From Polymyxa betae A26-41 (Eukaryota > Protista > Endomyxa: Phytomyxea): 64,000 bases of DNA. Positions 13,178-25,841 of the stretch are shown here, in pieces (the stretch's first letter is position 1; every line of letters begins with the position of its first letter). Under the pieces are notes generated by a model. That model did no database searches. It had not been told where the DNA came from and was given only the letters and a program-made list of their open reading frames with translations. The position numbers were made by a program, and so were the translations under genes. The stretch covers positions 10,249 to 74,248 of the forward strand of contig RBZT01000591.1 in the NCBI GenBank assembly GCA_003693705.1, in the 5' to 3' direction.

Positions 13178-15065
13178 TCAAAAGTCGGTATCATCTTCAG
13201 GGTCATCATCATCATCTTCCTCTTCTTCCTCCTCTTCTTCGTCTTCCTCTTCGGATCCCATTTCGTCTTCGTCGTCAAGTTCCTGTTCATGCAATCAACG
13301 AAACGAGCAGGGTGAGATCGGCTACGCTTTTCAGTGACCTGTACTTGATCATTAAATTCAGCACTGTCTTCTTCATCGTAATCATCATCATCATCATCAA
13401 GCATAGATCCAATCACTTGTCCTGTTCCAGGATAGTCGACTGAACAGCAGCCATCATTACTACCGATCAAATCAAGAGAAGAATTCCAAAGAAAGTTCAA
13501 TGAAAAGCGGCTGACTCCACAGTACGATTGAAAGAATTCTGCTAAAACAAAAATCAGAAATCTCTCAAACTTTTACGTCGCCCGCGCGGATCAGCAGCGC
13601 CAGGCCGGGCCAACCGTACTGGACCCGGGGCCTTCGAAGACGAAATGGGACTTTGCGAATCGGATTCTTCCTCGGAAGATCCTTGATCATCATCATCGTT
13701 GTCATCGCGGCGACAGTCGATATCGTTCTCGTCGACCTGCTGCTCTCCTCGCAGGATTCGCAGCTCTTCCTCGCGAAGATGTCGCCTCATCTTACGAAGG
13801 TGACGTTCCGATTCCTGCAACAATTGGCTAGGGTTTGAGAGTTTCGGGTCCTGATTCTTACCAAACGACGTTCTTCGTCTTGCAGCTCAAGACGACGCTG
13901 TTCATCCTCTAAGTATGTCAAGTTTGTGAACTTCTCCATATATTCACGATATACAACTTTTAATTCGTTCTCAAGTGATTCAAATTCAGCCATAAAGGCG
14001 GGCCTGAAGTGACAAAATCAAACCCTAAACCCTAATCACAGACATTAACCCCTCACTTCACTTTCTTGATCGTTTTTAGTCGTTTCACAGCACGTTCCAG
14101 ATCGGCCTGTTTCCGTTCTATTCGTGCCTGAATTTGAACCCGATCAGATTCCAATCCGGCACAATTAGTCTTGAGCATTGATAAATGTTCAGAGAGAGCC
14201 TGAATTTGTGATCGCATAGATTTCTCGATCTCCTGCTGTGGATCATCACTCTCCAGATTATGGCTCATCTCATCAATGAAGCGTATTGCACGATCTCGGG
14301 CCTCCTACAAACATCACCAGACTTCCGTTAGTAAAGATTGGTTCAACTAAACATTCAGCAACACTTTTTGAATGAAAATGATTCAAGAAGTTGTAAAAAT
14401 GTAAGCGTTTTGGCTGACTTTAAGTTGTGGTTCATTTCCAAGATTTGAATAGAGCTGTCCACCACTTTCAATAATGGTGCTCGCAACACCTTTTGTATCA
14501 ATAGATGGTCTAACAGGATCTTGATTCGTCTCATGTCCAGGTGTATTTCCATTCTATATAATGTTTAATCTCAAACAGATGGCGCTAACAGACGAATTGC
14601 TACAACCTGTTTGCTGATCATGGTGGCTTGGAATAGAAACGCAGCTACTTTATGGAGCTCCTGGACAGCATATCCATCTGCCTGATACAACTTTCGAACA
14701 TTCAGACGTAGGTTGGCCTTGGACATGACAATTCGAGCAGCCGCTTTGATAAACTGTACTCGTGCTGCTTCATTGCTAATGTCGTCACTCAGGTCGCAGT
14801 TTGGGTCCAGTCTAAAGGGCAATGTGAGACCGCGGGACGACGCCGTACTGGCTCTCGGCCCAGGATGTACCGTTCGGCGAGCCAGTAGAGAACATCAGCG
14901 ACCAGCTCGAAATTTGGACTGCGAAAGTTCTCCATCGAGATCAGGCGATGGTAGCCCAAACATTTCATTCGTTCGGTGAAATCTGGGACCATGGCATCAT
15001 ATTAGCACTGATCGATACCCATAACATGTTAATGGTATCGTACTTCGCAGCTCTCGGAACGACAT
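13178..15065 (-). CDS. CLUAP1: Clusterin-associated protein 1 / IFT38 (intraflagellar transport complex B), multi-exon
   Basis: [63 protein letters not shown], acidic C-terminal tail ending EDDTDF*. Confidence 0.9.
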
Positions 15066-15366
15066 CGGGCCTGCACAATGCAGTTGGAATGGAATTTCAG
15101 GCCTGTGACGGTTCAAATGATTGATTGATTTCTCGTGATTCACCAAGCAGGCCGCTGATGTATAATGTTTCCCAAAATGGCTCAAAGAAGACCAAACATT
15201 ATAGAATACTAACGGCTTCCTACATAGCCGGGAATTCGATAAGTATAACCATGCTTACAACAGGCTCAATTTATTTGGAAATAACTTGAAACCGTCTGTT
15301 AAGTGTAAGTTCAATGTATGATGAATGACAAAGAATGTATCGGATAGATAGTTCAAAACAATGTCG

Positions 15367-18300
15367 TCAGAGATCACGCTGATCGGCGTCGGTATCATCC
15401 TCCTCGGTTGGCGATGGTCGATGGAATCTGGGATCCTTGGCTTTGCTCTTGAAAGGATTCCACTTGATATAGCCTCGCGCCTCCAATAAGTCAGCACCCA
15501 GCAGAGCGATTACATAGAGCAAGAACAGGTGCAGAAGCCTGGGAAAACAATTTGTAAACATCAGTTTTCAAAATGTGCCAGAACAAAGAATGTCGGAAGA
15601 ATAAACAAAAGCAAATCTGTCAACCAACAATCCACTTTGCACAAATACGACCGATGGAAGTTCATGGAGCAAACACTCAAATAACAACAAATTCGGGTTT
15701 ACAGACCCTTCCCAAAATGAAGCGCCTCCGAGATAATACCAGTATCCTTCTTCCTCCTCTTCAGCGTCCTAAATAAATTCAGTTCCCAAGATAAAACAGA
15801 GACCAATGAAAAGCAAAGCTGGGAACCTCGATGGGTTTTCCGGAATCGTCTTGTTTCAATTCATCGCCGACATCGGGTGGTAGCAGGGGTTTCTTAACAT
15901 CGATAGACACAGTATGTGTAACATCCAGGCCAATATACGAGTCACACATCAGCACAAATTCAAACTGCAAGAACAACATAAACAACAAGACATCAACAGA
16001 TCAATGACAAACCTGGGTAGGACCGATGTCTTTCATCTGTATGGCAATTTTGATTTCTTGCTGCCTTCGTAAAGCGCAGATCTGAATTGTAGTTTAGGGA
16101 GACATCAACATCGCGCAAGTCAAGAGACACTGACCCTTTCCAGACTGACGAGATCTTTCTTATGGTTAAAAACAAATAAGACCCAGTTTTCTTGCTTAGG
16201 AAACGGAAACAGGGGAGCATGCGCCTCCACAATGTCATTAGGATCCACCTGGTTATTAACTTAGTGCTGAGAAACACCAATCTGCTCCCTCAGCGAAAAC
16301 AAAATAAAAAGGTACGAGGAAATAACAAAGCTGAGTGATGAGGCAGCACATAAGCATAAACGACTAACGTCATTGATCTTCTTTTCTTCTATCAGCTCAA
16401 CCTCATAATTCTCTTCCGAGCTGGAGTTGCGCCTCAGGACAGGGGTTGCTAAAGAAAAGTTATGGCATCAATTCGGTAGAAAGGTGATTCGCTCCTACGC
16501 TCAGCAATTGGCTCGGAGGGAGCAATAAAATCTGGGAAGTCGTTTAGTCGAGTCAAACGAACCTGCAGGAGTATGTTAAACCAAAACTCAATAATGAAAG
16601 ATTGCTGGTTCAACTTTAAAAGTGACAACGTCCATGATTCGGACAGGTTCGGGCTCAAGTATTTGATGGTCATCCGTAGTGTCGTACGAAACGTTCATCT
16701 CGACAAGCGGAAGGGCTTTACAGCAAGTCTCAATATCTTTGACTTCTGCATCCGAAAACCTGCAAATCGCTAAGATAAAATTGGAAATTCAAAAATGTAC
16801 GAGTGACTTCGATTGCTGAAAGATGGACATCCGCATATCTTCAGGCATCTCCAGCAGTTTTCGCAACGACTTGATTTTGTTTCGAGTTAAAACCTTGGCG
16901 GCCTGGGGAATATTCAGTCAGCAATCAGAAGAACAGTTAAAAATTGTGACCGATTCGTCGACATTAGGAAGTTGGATGAGAGGCGAGTAATATACCCAAA
17001 CAGCTTGAGTGATCGACCTGAGCAATTTTAAAAACAAGATATTTGCCGAGAATGGAGTCATACTGTGATAAAGCAATAACGGAAACCAGGTTGCGATAAA
17101 GCCTCTTCATAAGGCAGATATCCAGCATGGCCTTAATTAATTGATGACAGCGAGATAGTACTAAGGCCATATCCTCATGAAGTTCGTCAGGAATATCAAC
17201 ACGCAGCAGATGAGCGTGCATCAGTACGTTAACCTATGGTTTCTTAGCAATTGTATCCGAAGAAAAATCAACCGAGCATTTGTGGAAAGTCAACAACAAA
17301 AACAGGTAAGCAGCAAACCTTATTGATGTATGGAATCTTGCCACCAGCAATACGAGGACGAGCCATATCTTCTGATACATCTCGATCTATAACGAAGTTT
17401 ACATAAATCCCATGGACAACACGGCTACATACGCAGACGTTGAATGAGATCGATATGTTGATTATGGCCGAGATGTTTGTACTCAACAGCCGCAGCCAGA
17501 ACCTGAATTAATCAACAAAGCTGTATTTGCTCAAAACCACAACTGACCTCGATAAGGAATTTCGGTTGCATGCCATCGTTAAGTGTGGAATAGAAGATTG
17601 AAAGCGTATCCATCTGAGTTCCGGAAGGATCTAAGCGCGACGATTTATGCCACCATAAACCGACCTAAAGCGGAAGTGCCATTAATAAAAAGCCGGCATA
17701 AAAATCATCTGGAGAACAGCGTACAGCAGAAGACATAAAACGCCAGGAAATGAAGTCTTACCAGAATCGGTAGTACAATGAAAAAGATAAAGAAATAGAC
17801 GACCAGAATGTAGAGTTCATGGCGAGGTTCGGCCAAGAACGAAGGTAGTGCAATGGTAACACTGAAACAGAGTTAGATCTAAGACAGATAACAACAGATG
17901 AACCTGACCTGGTTCCCAAATATCCATCAGGATTGCCATATTTCTCCCAATTCTCACGTGTGGTATCATCAGTCAGTGTCTGATAAGCCTTCGACAGTCG
18001 AACAAAAGTAGCTTCAGCATTGGGGTCGTCCGGGTTCTGGGACAGCTAATCAACATTTGCAAAGGAAGATGATGTTTTGAGAAACCTTATCCGGGTGATA
18101 TATAAAAGACATTTTCCGGTAGGCCTTTTTGATATCAGCAACATTCGACCCGACAGGGATCTCCAAAATTTTATACGGATCGAATGAAACCAATTCATCG
18201 GCTGTATGCAGCATGACCTGTATATGATCAGCATTAACATCGAGTAGAAGAATCGTTTAGAAGAGGTACATAATAGGTGACGGCAGCTAGACATAGCCAG

Positions 18301-18611
18301 CCAAACAATAAAACGATGTTCCTAGTTGAAAAGATACGTTGGCGAGAAAGCTGGCGCCGATGCTCCAAGGTACGATCCAAACGGGTGCGTTTGAAGGAGG
18401 CAATCTGGTCCCCAGACAAAGTTGATTTCCGATTCCGTCTCCCTACAAAAGACCACAGCGACTGACGATACCGAATTAATTGAAGCTTGGAGCGATGTGG
18501 CAGGCAACGAACCGAGAATATAATGGAGGCAGTGACGGGAACCAGCGCCGTGGCCAGCAGCGCCATCCAGAACCAACCAAAGGCGACGTCATCATGGACG
18601 AGAATGCCCAT
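15367..18611 (-). CDS. SEC63: Translocation protein SEC63 (TM + J-domain + Sec63/Brl domain), multi-exon
   Basis: N-terminal [16 protein letters not shown]-domain HPD with [28 protein letters not shown]-terminal MCDSYIGLD. Confidence 0.9.
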
Positions 18612-19709
18612 GACTGATCAGGACGACAACCACGAAGTCTATCTCGCTGATTCCGTTCGCGGAGATCTGTGAACTGCTCCGCAGGCGCAAGCAATGTCTG
18701 TGAAAATTTGGGGTAATGGGGTGTTGGGGCTGATGGCCTCAACCTCCTTGCTAATGGGGTAATGCTTGCTAATGGGGTCCTCCTGGGACTGGGGACAGAT
18801 AGGCATTGTGGCCTCTTGTCTCTCTTCTTAATTCCTAAGTCATCCGATCATTTCAATCGAAAGTTATCCTAGATCCTAAACGCTTAACTCATTCTCAGAC
18901 TAGATCTTAATGTAATAGATGTAGAGATGCTCCATTTCGTTCCCGCAAGAACTGTTTGGTTGATTTGGCTGCCAAGTTCCAACATTATCTCTGATTTCGG
19001 TTCTATTTTCATCTTTCGTAAAATTCAAACATTCCAGCATTGACTGGAGAACATAGCTGTTTCTGGTCTGGCTCGATTCATGGTTGAATACTCGTAAAAC
19101 GGCATATAGTTGTATGGCAGGTGCCATTGTTTGGCTTTTTATACGACTTTAGATAATCATCACATTCTCTCATTACTAACAATATTTAGATAGTCATTGT
19201 TTATTAAAGATTTCAAGCCTCTCTGGTTTTTGCTTTGACAGAAAACGGATCAAAGTGCATTCAAATCTGAACATCAGCAGGTGGGGTTGGATTAGCATCA
19301 CTTAGCTACGACAGACAATTCACAAACGTGATGTTGCTTGATACTGAAATTTCAACACGTGTTTGGAATCTTAGAAGTAGCAGATCTTACATGAAAAGAG
19401 ATAACATCTACGTTGCCTGCTCGGCCCAGCTTCAAAATTTTAATTGAGCTGAAGGCAAGGTACGTCCTCTGCTTCATTAACGCTAACTGTGTTTCCTTTC
19501 AAATCAGCTGACTTCGACCAGTAAATATTTGAGGCATCTCTAACTTTCTTTAAAAATGTCGTCGTCATTCTGTCTGTAAAGGGTGGCATTGGCTGATCCC
19601 GGATTCCCCGGCAAATCGTGAAGGACGACGCCGTTGTAAATTATTAAGCCGTGACGATTCCCAGCCAGTCGTTGGAATCGTGGTGATAAAGCGCTTCGAT
19701 TACCGTCAG

Positions 19710-19985
19710 ATGACGACGGCATCGTATTTAGGCACGACCATGTACTTGGTCACGATTCTGGTCATATTCACAAGCGTCCTAGCCGCTGCCCTTACTTTTC
19801 AGCATTTGCTTCTGCGCCAAATCGAGCTTAACATCCGGCAGATCGACCTGCACCTGCAGCAGCTGCGTCTGAACGTTGTGACACAGCAGGAGAAAACCGT
19901 GGCAAGTCAGCAAGGCAGCATTAACCGTACTGAAAAGAAGGACGAAATCAGTCAGGCTGGCACCGGCAATGTTCCGGCGTCATAA
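19710..19985 (+). CDS. Small hypothetical protein: N-terminal TM helix followed by coiled coil
   Basis: MYLVTILVIFTSVLAAALTF then heptad-like LLLRQIELNIRQIDLHLQQL; GC richer than flanks. Confidence 0.45.
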   Translation: MTTASYLGTTMYLVTILVIFTSVLAAALTFQHLLLRQIELNIRQIDLHLQQLRLNVVTQQEKTVASQQGSINRTEKKDEISQAGTGNVPAS

Positions 19986-21004
19986 ACCTGCAGCGACCGA
20001 CTATTTCATGGAATCTTCCATTCTGATGTTTATAACATAATAAGGTTGGCTTCTAATATCATCTCAAAGTTAGCGGTCAGCGTTCCTATTAAACCATGCT
20101 AGTTAGAAATACAAATTTGTGGCTGCTCTATTTAGCGAGTAAGAAGCAGGATGAAAATTGGCCGATATTGATGTAGCATTGTACTTTAGTATTGGGCAGG
20201 ATATCTATGGACTGAATAAATCAGCCCGATCATATGGAACCGTTGGAAATCCAGGCCAATGGATAAGGCTGACGAAGAGAGTAGTGGAGGCCTTCGTTGC
20301 TGAGGTCACCAAAAAAAAGCACACTTGGGTTTTAAGTAAGTGGATTTTTAATTCGCACACATCACACGAGTTTGAACAAGTACAGTAGTTTTAAAACATC
20401 ACCAGTACACTGGCTCTCGTGACGCTCAAAACGCTTCCCGAAGTTTAAAAAAGAAAAGCGCTTATGCCACCGGAGTTGTAGCACAAGCTCGGATCATGGT
20501 CGTAGACAGAGATCAACTCTTTCGAAATTCGAATGGTGTTTACTTACTCGACACTTTCACCTGCACTTTCTCAAGTATGGGAGGGCCTGTAACATTCGAT
20601 TGGACACAACTGTGAAATCGCTCATCACATTCTTCACGTACCTTGGTCAGTGGCATAGCAATCCATGGAATACTTCAAGCCCGGCAAGATAGCACGTCCC
20701 TAAATAAACCCCCGTTCTCGTTCTTTCGCGAAACCAGCTTACTGTATGCGCCCAACCCACTCCAAAGATGAGCCTACAGTAACCCAATCACCACCAAATA
20801 ATCCAAGACCATGATGAACCCAAGGCATCCATCAACCTCGTAGTACCCCGTCACCCGGCAGCATGATCCCAACCAAAGTATCGTATAAATCAGTATCATC
20901 ACCATCCTTACATTTCCTTCCTCAACTTGATTGCACTTGAATCACCTCCTAGCCTCCTCGCTTCCTTCTAACCTTGCTTTCAACTTGGTTGCCGAGCTTC
21001 CCTT

Positions 21005-21919
21005 TCAACATGATTGCCATGCTTCCCTACTCCCTTGCCATGCTTTCCGACCCTCGACTCGGCCCCCGACATTTCCTTTCAACATTGTTGCCTTGCTTTT
21101 CCTTTTTGATGAGGTACATGGCTTGGATTGTTGGTGTACATCGGATGGGGATGGGCACACTGAGATAGACACAGTGCCCTTGTCTTGACACTTCGCAATG
21201 ATACTGCAGGAATCGGCAATTTGAGTAGAACTTTCAAAGCTGAATTTAAGACTTCGGGATCCTTGCGAGAGAGTTAAGGACACGAGAGACATCCAGAGCT
21301 TGTCGCTGTCAGGATACGAAACTGTCGAAAGAAAGGTTGAAAATATTTTGGAGACAAACAGATTGACGGATGCTGGACTTAGAGGAGAGAATAATCGTGA
21401 AGAGAATATCCCATGAAGAGAGATTTTTCCTACATCCACGAGTATTTCCTGTTTGTCATGACATGGTGTATATTTGATTAGAGCTATGATAGCCTCAAGT
21501 GCCCTTAAGCAGGTTGTCTTGCCGATCTCTACAAGCAGATGTTGTGAGAAAACAGATATAGCGACATTTTCATGTTTGGCATATTTAACGAGTGGAGGAT
21601 ACGCTACAACGATTTTCTCGTCAAGATCTTTGTTACTTTCATCCTTTGACAGCCAATCCATCACCTCTCCAGCGAGTTTTGTAACGTCATTTCCAGATTG
21701 AATTAGGCGGTCAAGCACAATCTCGCAGCATGACTCTGATTCGAGCATAGAGTAGAAAAAAAACTGGGGTAGTCCCGGAATACATCTTGCCAGTCGCTCT
21801 GAAAGCAATGATTCGCAAAAGTTTACAGTCAATGCTTTGATATCATCCGGTGATTGTAATACAGCGTCAATAACTGAATAAGCGTCAAAAAAGTGCAAAA
21901 AAAGAAAGCATTTATACAT
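21005..21919 (-). CDS. Hypothetical protein, intronless 304 aa, possibly secreted
   Basis: Long stop-free ORF with short hydrophobic N-terminus; no recognisable domain. Confidence 0.5.
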   Translation of the reverse strand: MYKCFLFLHFFDAYSVIDAVLQSPDDIKALTVNFCESLLSERLARCIPGLPQFFFYSMLESESCCEIVLDRLIQSGNDVTKLAGEVMDWLSKDESNKDLDEKIVVAYPPLVKYAKHENVAISVFSQHLLVEIGKTTCLRALEAIIALIKYTPCHDKQEILVDVGKISLHGIFSSRLFSPLSPASVNLFVSKIFSTFLSTVSYPDSDKLWMSLVSLTLSQGSRSLKFSFESSTQIADSCSIIAKCQDKGTVSISVCPSPSDVHQQSKPCTSSKRKSKATMLKGNVGGRVEGRKAWQGSREAWQSC

Positions 21920-22115
21920 AATGGACAGAATGTGGTTACGAGATTCTTAAACATGTCTTGCAACTGGTTTTGCCGTCATCGACGTTCAATTCTAAAATGA
22001 AAGGCCCATACTGAATAGTAAAATAGACGCAATAGGTATATAACGATTGATAATGCGGACCTCATCATTGTATTACATTGTTGTCTGGGATCAGAACGTG
22101 ATATTCCAACTCCAT

Positions 22116-22419
22116 TCAGCAACCGAACCACTTTTTTTGTTTCGCAACCACAGAGAACATGATCATCGCCACGATAAAGAGGACGAGAATGAGAATATAC
22201 AACCAATCGTCGCCTGCTGTGACTAGAGAGAGAGGAGTGATAACTTTGATAATTTGGGATGGAGCTGGAGCTGGAGCCAGGTCTGGTGCTAGTAATGGCC
22301 GACCACTGTGAAAGGTCAGATGCACAGAGGTTCCAGCCCAGAGTAATTGCTTACAGAAAGCCATGCGGCATAAGAGTCAGTAGTACGGTGAAGAAGAGAA
22401 CAATAGAGATTGAGGACAT
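22116..22419 (-). CDS. 84-aa type I membrane microprotein (signal peptide, APAPAP linker, TM, basic tail); intron 22306-22354
   Basis: ATG at 22419; GTAAGC..CTGAC..CACAG 49-nt intron joins MSSISIVLFFTVLLTLMPHGFL in frame to GRPLLAPDLAPAPAPS..WLYILILVLFIVAMIMFSVVAKQKKWFGC*. Confidence 0.7.
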
Positions 22420-23004
22420 GACTTGTGTGCTGAAAGAAGTCGAACAACGAATGAAATTACCGACAGCGACAGTAGTACAAGGATGGGGGTAAAGACGTGA
22501 AGTCCGTCACGGAGCCGTGTCGTAACCGAATGACATTGCAACTTGCAAGAGTTCTCTAATTTTTTATTATTATAAGTTTTCTATAAAAATTATAGTAGAA
22601 TTGAGCAATGCTGCTCGACACAAACGATGACACAAACTCGACATAAATTCTCATTTGTGTCATGTGCGATGTTTGGTAGCCTTCCAATGCCTGCGGTGTA
22701 CGTAAACCGTTGAGTCAATCAGGGTTCAAGATACCAATCCTGTACAGAACATCTACATTGCCGGCCTGTTTAGACATGCAGAAAAGCAGGTGCTTGAATA
22801 AACACTGATTGAGATTAACCTGTTTTTTGGCAGGCTGTTGCTGTGAAGAAGTTGACAAAGTGGGTTGCAAATAATAATGTATCATCAGTCGGAATTCAGA
22901 ACTCAAATAGTAAACTGTCATAGTTCTACGACATTTCCATCGAAAAGCAGATTAAATTAAATAGTGTATTTGAGCACAGAAAGGATTGAATATCTGCAAA
23001 CTGC

Positions 23005-23922
23005 TTAACAGCATCCATCTTGACCCGAGCAGTCGTAGTTGGAGTTCTGTTTCTGCAGCTGGTTCAGGCTGGGCCAATTGTTCTTCTGCTGCTGCTGGTT
23101 ACGCTGCTGGTGATTTTGCTGCTGATTACGAGTTTGCTGGGATTGCTGTTGACGCTGTGGCTGGTTATGATGAGGGGCGCGGAACTGCGATTGCTGGCTG
23201 TGCAGTTGCTGCTGGGAGCGTTGCTGCTGCTGTTGAGGGCGCTGCTGCTGCTGTTGAGGAGACTGAGGGCGAAGCTGAGCTACAGGTCGAATCGGATGCT
23301 GGTGAGACGACGGCGACTGGCTTCGGTGCTGCTGCTGGTGTTGCTGATGGTGCATCATCTGTTGAGGTGAGGCGCTTCGGTGTTGCTGATCGGGCGAAGC
23401 ACTTCGGGAGCGTTGCTGCTGAGGAGAAGGAGACGAGCTGCGCGATCGCTGTTGGTTATGGTGATGTTGATGGTGCTGCTGGTTGTGGTGTTGGTTGCGC
23501 TGGTGCTGCTGCTGTTGCTGGCGCTGAGGAGAAGGCGAGCGCGATGATCGATTCTGCTCAGGCTGCTGTGGGAGTTGAACCGCATCTTCGGAGTTGGATG
23601 CCTTGGTCAAAGCTTCCTGCAAGACAGCGTCGAAGGCGTTCTTGTTACTGGTCTCACGCGATGGCGATCGGAACGGGGCCGTGTTCTTAGCGTTAGGTGA
23701 AGCGGAACGCTTCGAAGCGTGTTGCTGCTGGGAGCCGAGGTCAGCCGATTTACGCTTGTTGCTGGCGATAACCGGGGCAGGCAGAGAACCATGGACGGTG
23801 TTCATGTTGGAAGTTGTTGTTGAAGGTTGCAGTGACTGAGGCGAAGCTGTTTGCAGAATGATGTTGGGCAATGGCGGCGTTCGGGACGAAATAGGTTGAA
23901 GGCACGCGCCCTTGATAGGCAC
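23005..23922 (-). CDS. Gln/His/Ser-rich low-complexity protein with repeated RSxSP motifs (may have further 3' exons)
   Basis: 305-aa GC-rich ORF with CAG/CAA runs and RSASP, RSPSP, RSSSPSP, RSQSP repeats. Confidence 0.7.
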   Translation of the reverse strand: MPIKGACLQPISSRTPPLPNIILQTASPQSLQPSTTTSNMNTVHGSLPAPVIASNKRKSADLGSQQQHASKRSASPNAKNTAPFRSPSRETSNKNAFDAVLQEALTKASNSEDAVQLPQQPEQNRSSRSPSPQRQQQQQHQRNQHHNQQHHQHHHNQQRSRSSSPSPQQQRSRSASPDQQHRSASPQQMMHHQQHQQQHRSQSPSSHQHPIRPVAQLRPQSPQQQQQRPQQQQQRSQQQLHSQQSQFRAPHHNQPQRQQQSQQTRNQQQNHQQRNQQQQKNNWPSLNQLQKQNSNYDCSGQDGCC

Positions 23923-24137
23923 ATGCCCTCACTGTTCGGTTGAATCAACTGTAAAGATATCTGTCGGCAATCATGACGCTCCCATGGATGGGGTTTGAGT
24001 TCTCCAGCACGGGCCTTCAGGCTCTTCGCTAAGCTCTAATAAGGGGAACGGTACCCTACTTCTTCTATTAGCACTGATTCTATCGCGGCAAAACACTGCA
24101 GTTGCTCGGCAGAGCGTTCGTTGCTTTCTTGTTAAAA

Positions 24138-25654
24138 TTAGAATTGGGAACGCAGCCAATTGTACAACAACGACATTTGCGTTGGAAGCGGAGTAGAGGA
24201 AGGAGTTTGAAACACGTCAAACTGTCCCAACTGAAGTCGATCAAGAAATCGAGCTGCTGGTACAGCTGGTAGTAATACTGGCCTTGCTACCGCCGGAATT
24301 ACATCACGAAGTGATCTGAAAAACCAACGCGTTAGAATTCACATTAATTCACATTCAGGAGTGGCTCCCGAACCTGGCGTGATCCAGATGAGCTTTTGCC
24401 TGACTAGCGATCTGGTAGACAAGGTCAATTAGTGGCTCATTCTCGGGCGCCAACTTGATATGCGGATCGCTAAGCAAGTTTCTGTATATTGTTTACTCTC
24501 AATCACATCAAACTGCATTGCAGTAAAGTACCGAGGCAAGTTCGATGTGTAGCCAAATCGAATAGCTTGAAGGGCGGTTACGAGCCCGATTGCTTTGCCA
24601 ATATGGCTGGCAGCATGATCGGCGTTGAGGTCGTGAATTTTCCTGCAAATCAGAATCAATATCAGTAAAATGCAATGAAACTGGGAACAACAACAGAAAT
24701 GATAAAAGCAAACTAAAGTGTGAGAAACTCAAGAAAGAGAACAGAAATGATATCTACATAATGATGAGCGATCTTCAATCCCAAACCCTACTGGACCAGA
24801 ACAAATAGTTTCGGTCCAGCATGCCTTCCAACCAATAAACTTCACTCATGGAATGGACCAAAACGAAGGATCCGGGAACACATCAAACAAAAACGAATGC
24901 AAAGCAAGGAAGTATCGACCTGGCGTGCAAAGTCAGGTATAACAATGTCGAATGAGATGCCTCAGCGATCGTCTCGAGATCGGCAATAGTCCTCGGCGTC
25001 TGAAGTCGATCTGGGTCGCGGCTTTCCACAATCTGATTCAACCAGCGCATCGGCAGACGATGTTCATTGATAAGGACGCCCAGCGCCTCCACAACTGGAT
25101 GTTCAATCTAGAACAACAAAATATTAACAATAATATCTGAACGCCCCGATGCTGGTCCCAAATATACTTCTGAATCAGAATTAAAACTGTAATAAAGTCG
25201 TGATTAGCGAAAGGAAACAAGAAAATAAAACACAAATTGCAAAGAGCGAAAGATAATTTGGGAAAGTAGTGATTCTGTGGCCGAACCTTTTGTGCATCAG
25301 CGGCCGCAGCGACCGCTTCACGCCACCACTGAAGCCTGATCGTAGCGGCATTGGCATTGGACGTCGCACGATCTGTAAGATGGATTCAAACTGGCAGGTT
25401 TCCAAACCACCTCATTAAGAGATACCAATCAGGCTGATTTCAACGTTAAATGCTCGCACGACTTGGGCGGCGACGCGAGTCGTGGCCGGCAGCAGTGTCG
25501 TGCACAGGAAATGATCATGATCGTACCGACGAACCAGATCGATGCAATACTGCATCGTCGTCGCCGGAATCGTCCTTGGCATAGCGCCTCCGTTTTGGCT
25601 TTGGAGGCGGCGTCCGAAACAATGGCAGTAACTGCGGGCGTTCGGCGCCGGCAT
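24138..25654 (-). CDS. NDUFAF6: NADH dehydrogenase complex I assembly factor 6 (phytoene/squalene synthase fold), multi-exon
   Basis: YCIDLVRRYDHDHFLCTTLLP, RAFNVEISLI, IRLQWWRE, HAASHIGKAIG. Confidence 0.9.
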
Positions 25655-25841
25655 CCCAACACAAATGCTTCATTTGTGATAATGAGCTCGACGGAGTGAG
25701 GGAGTTTGATCTCGATAGTCGAGAGTGATATCCAGATGCAGAATTAACAAATAGTTCAAGATTTATGGACGGCTGCCTGATTGTAGATGTGCGTGAGTGA
25801 TCATTGTTAATAAGGACGAGGTTGTCGTCGTCCACACAACC

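Noticed and set aside
13171-13500. (TCA)n/(TCT)n repeats and ORFs 13030-13500 and 13171-13443 as a separate gene or repeat
   Set aside because: They encode the acidic C-terminal tail of CLUAP1 on the minus strand
14020-14035. AAACCCTAAACCCTAA telomere-like repeat
   Set aside because: Only two units inside an intron; too short to call an interstitial telomere
22986-23690. Ala/Gly-rich and Leu-rich + strand ORFs
   Set aside because: Antisense shadows of the CAG-rich Q-rich gene
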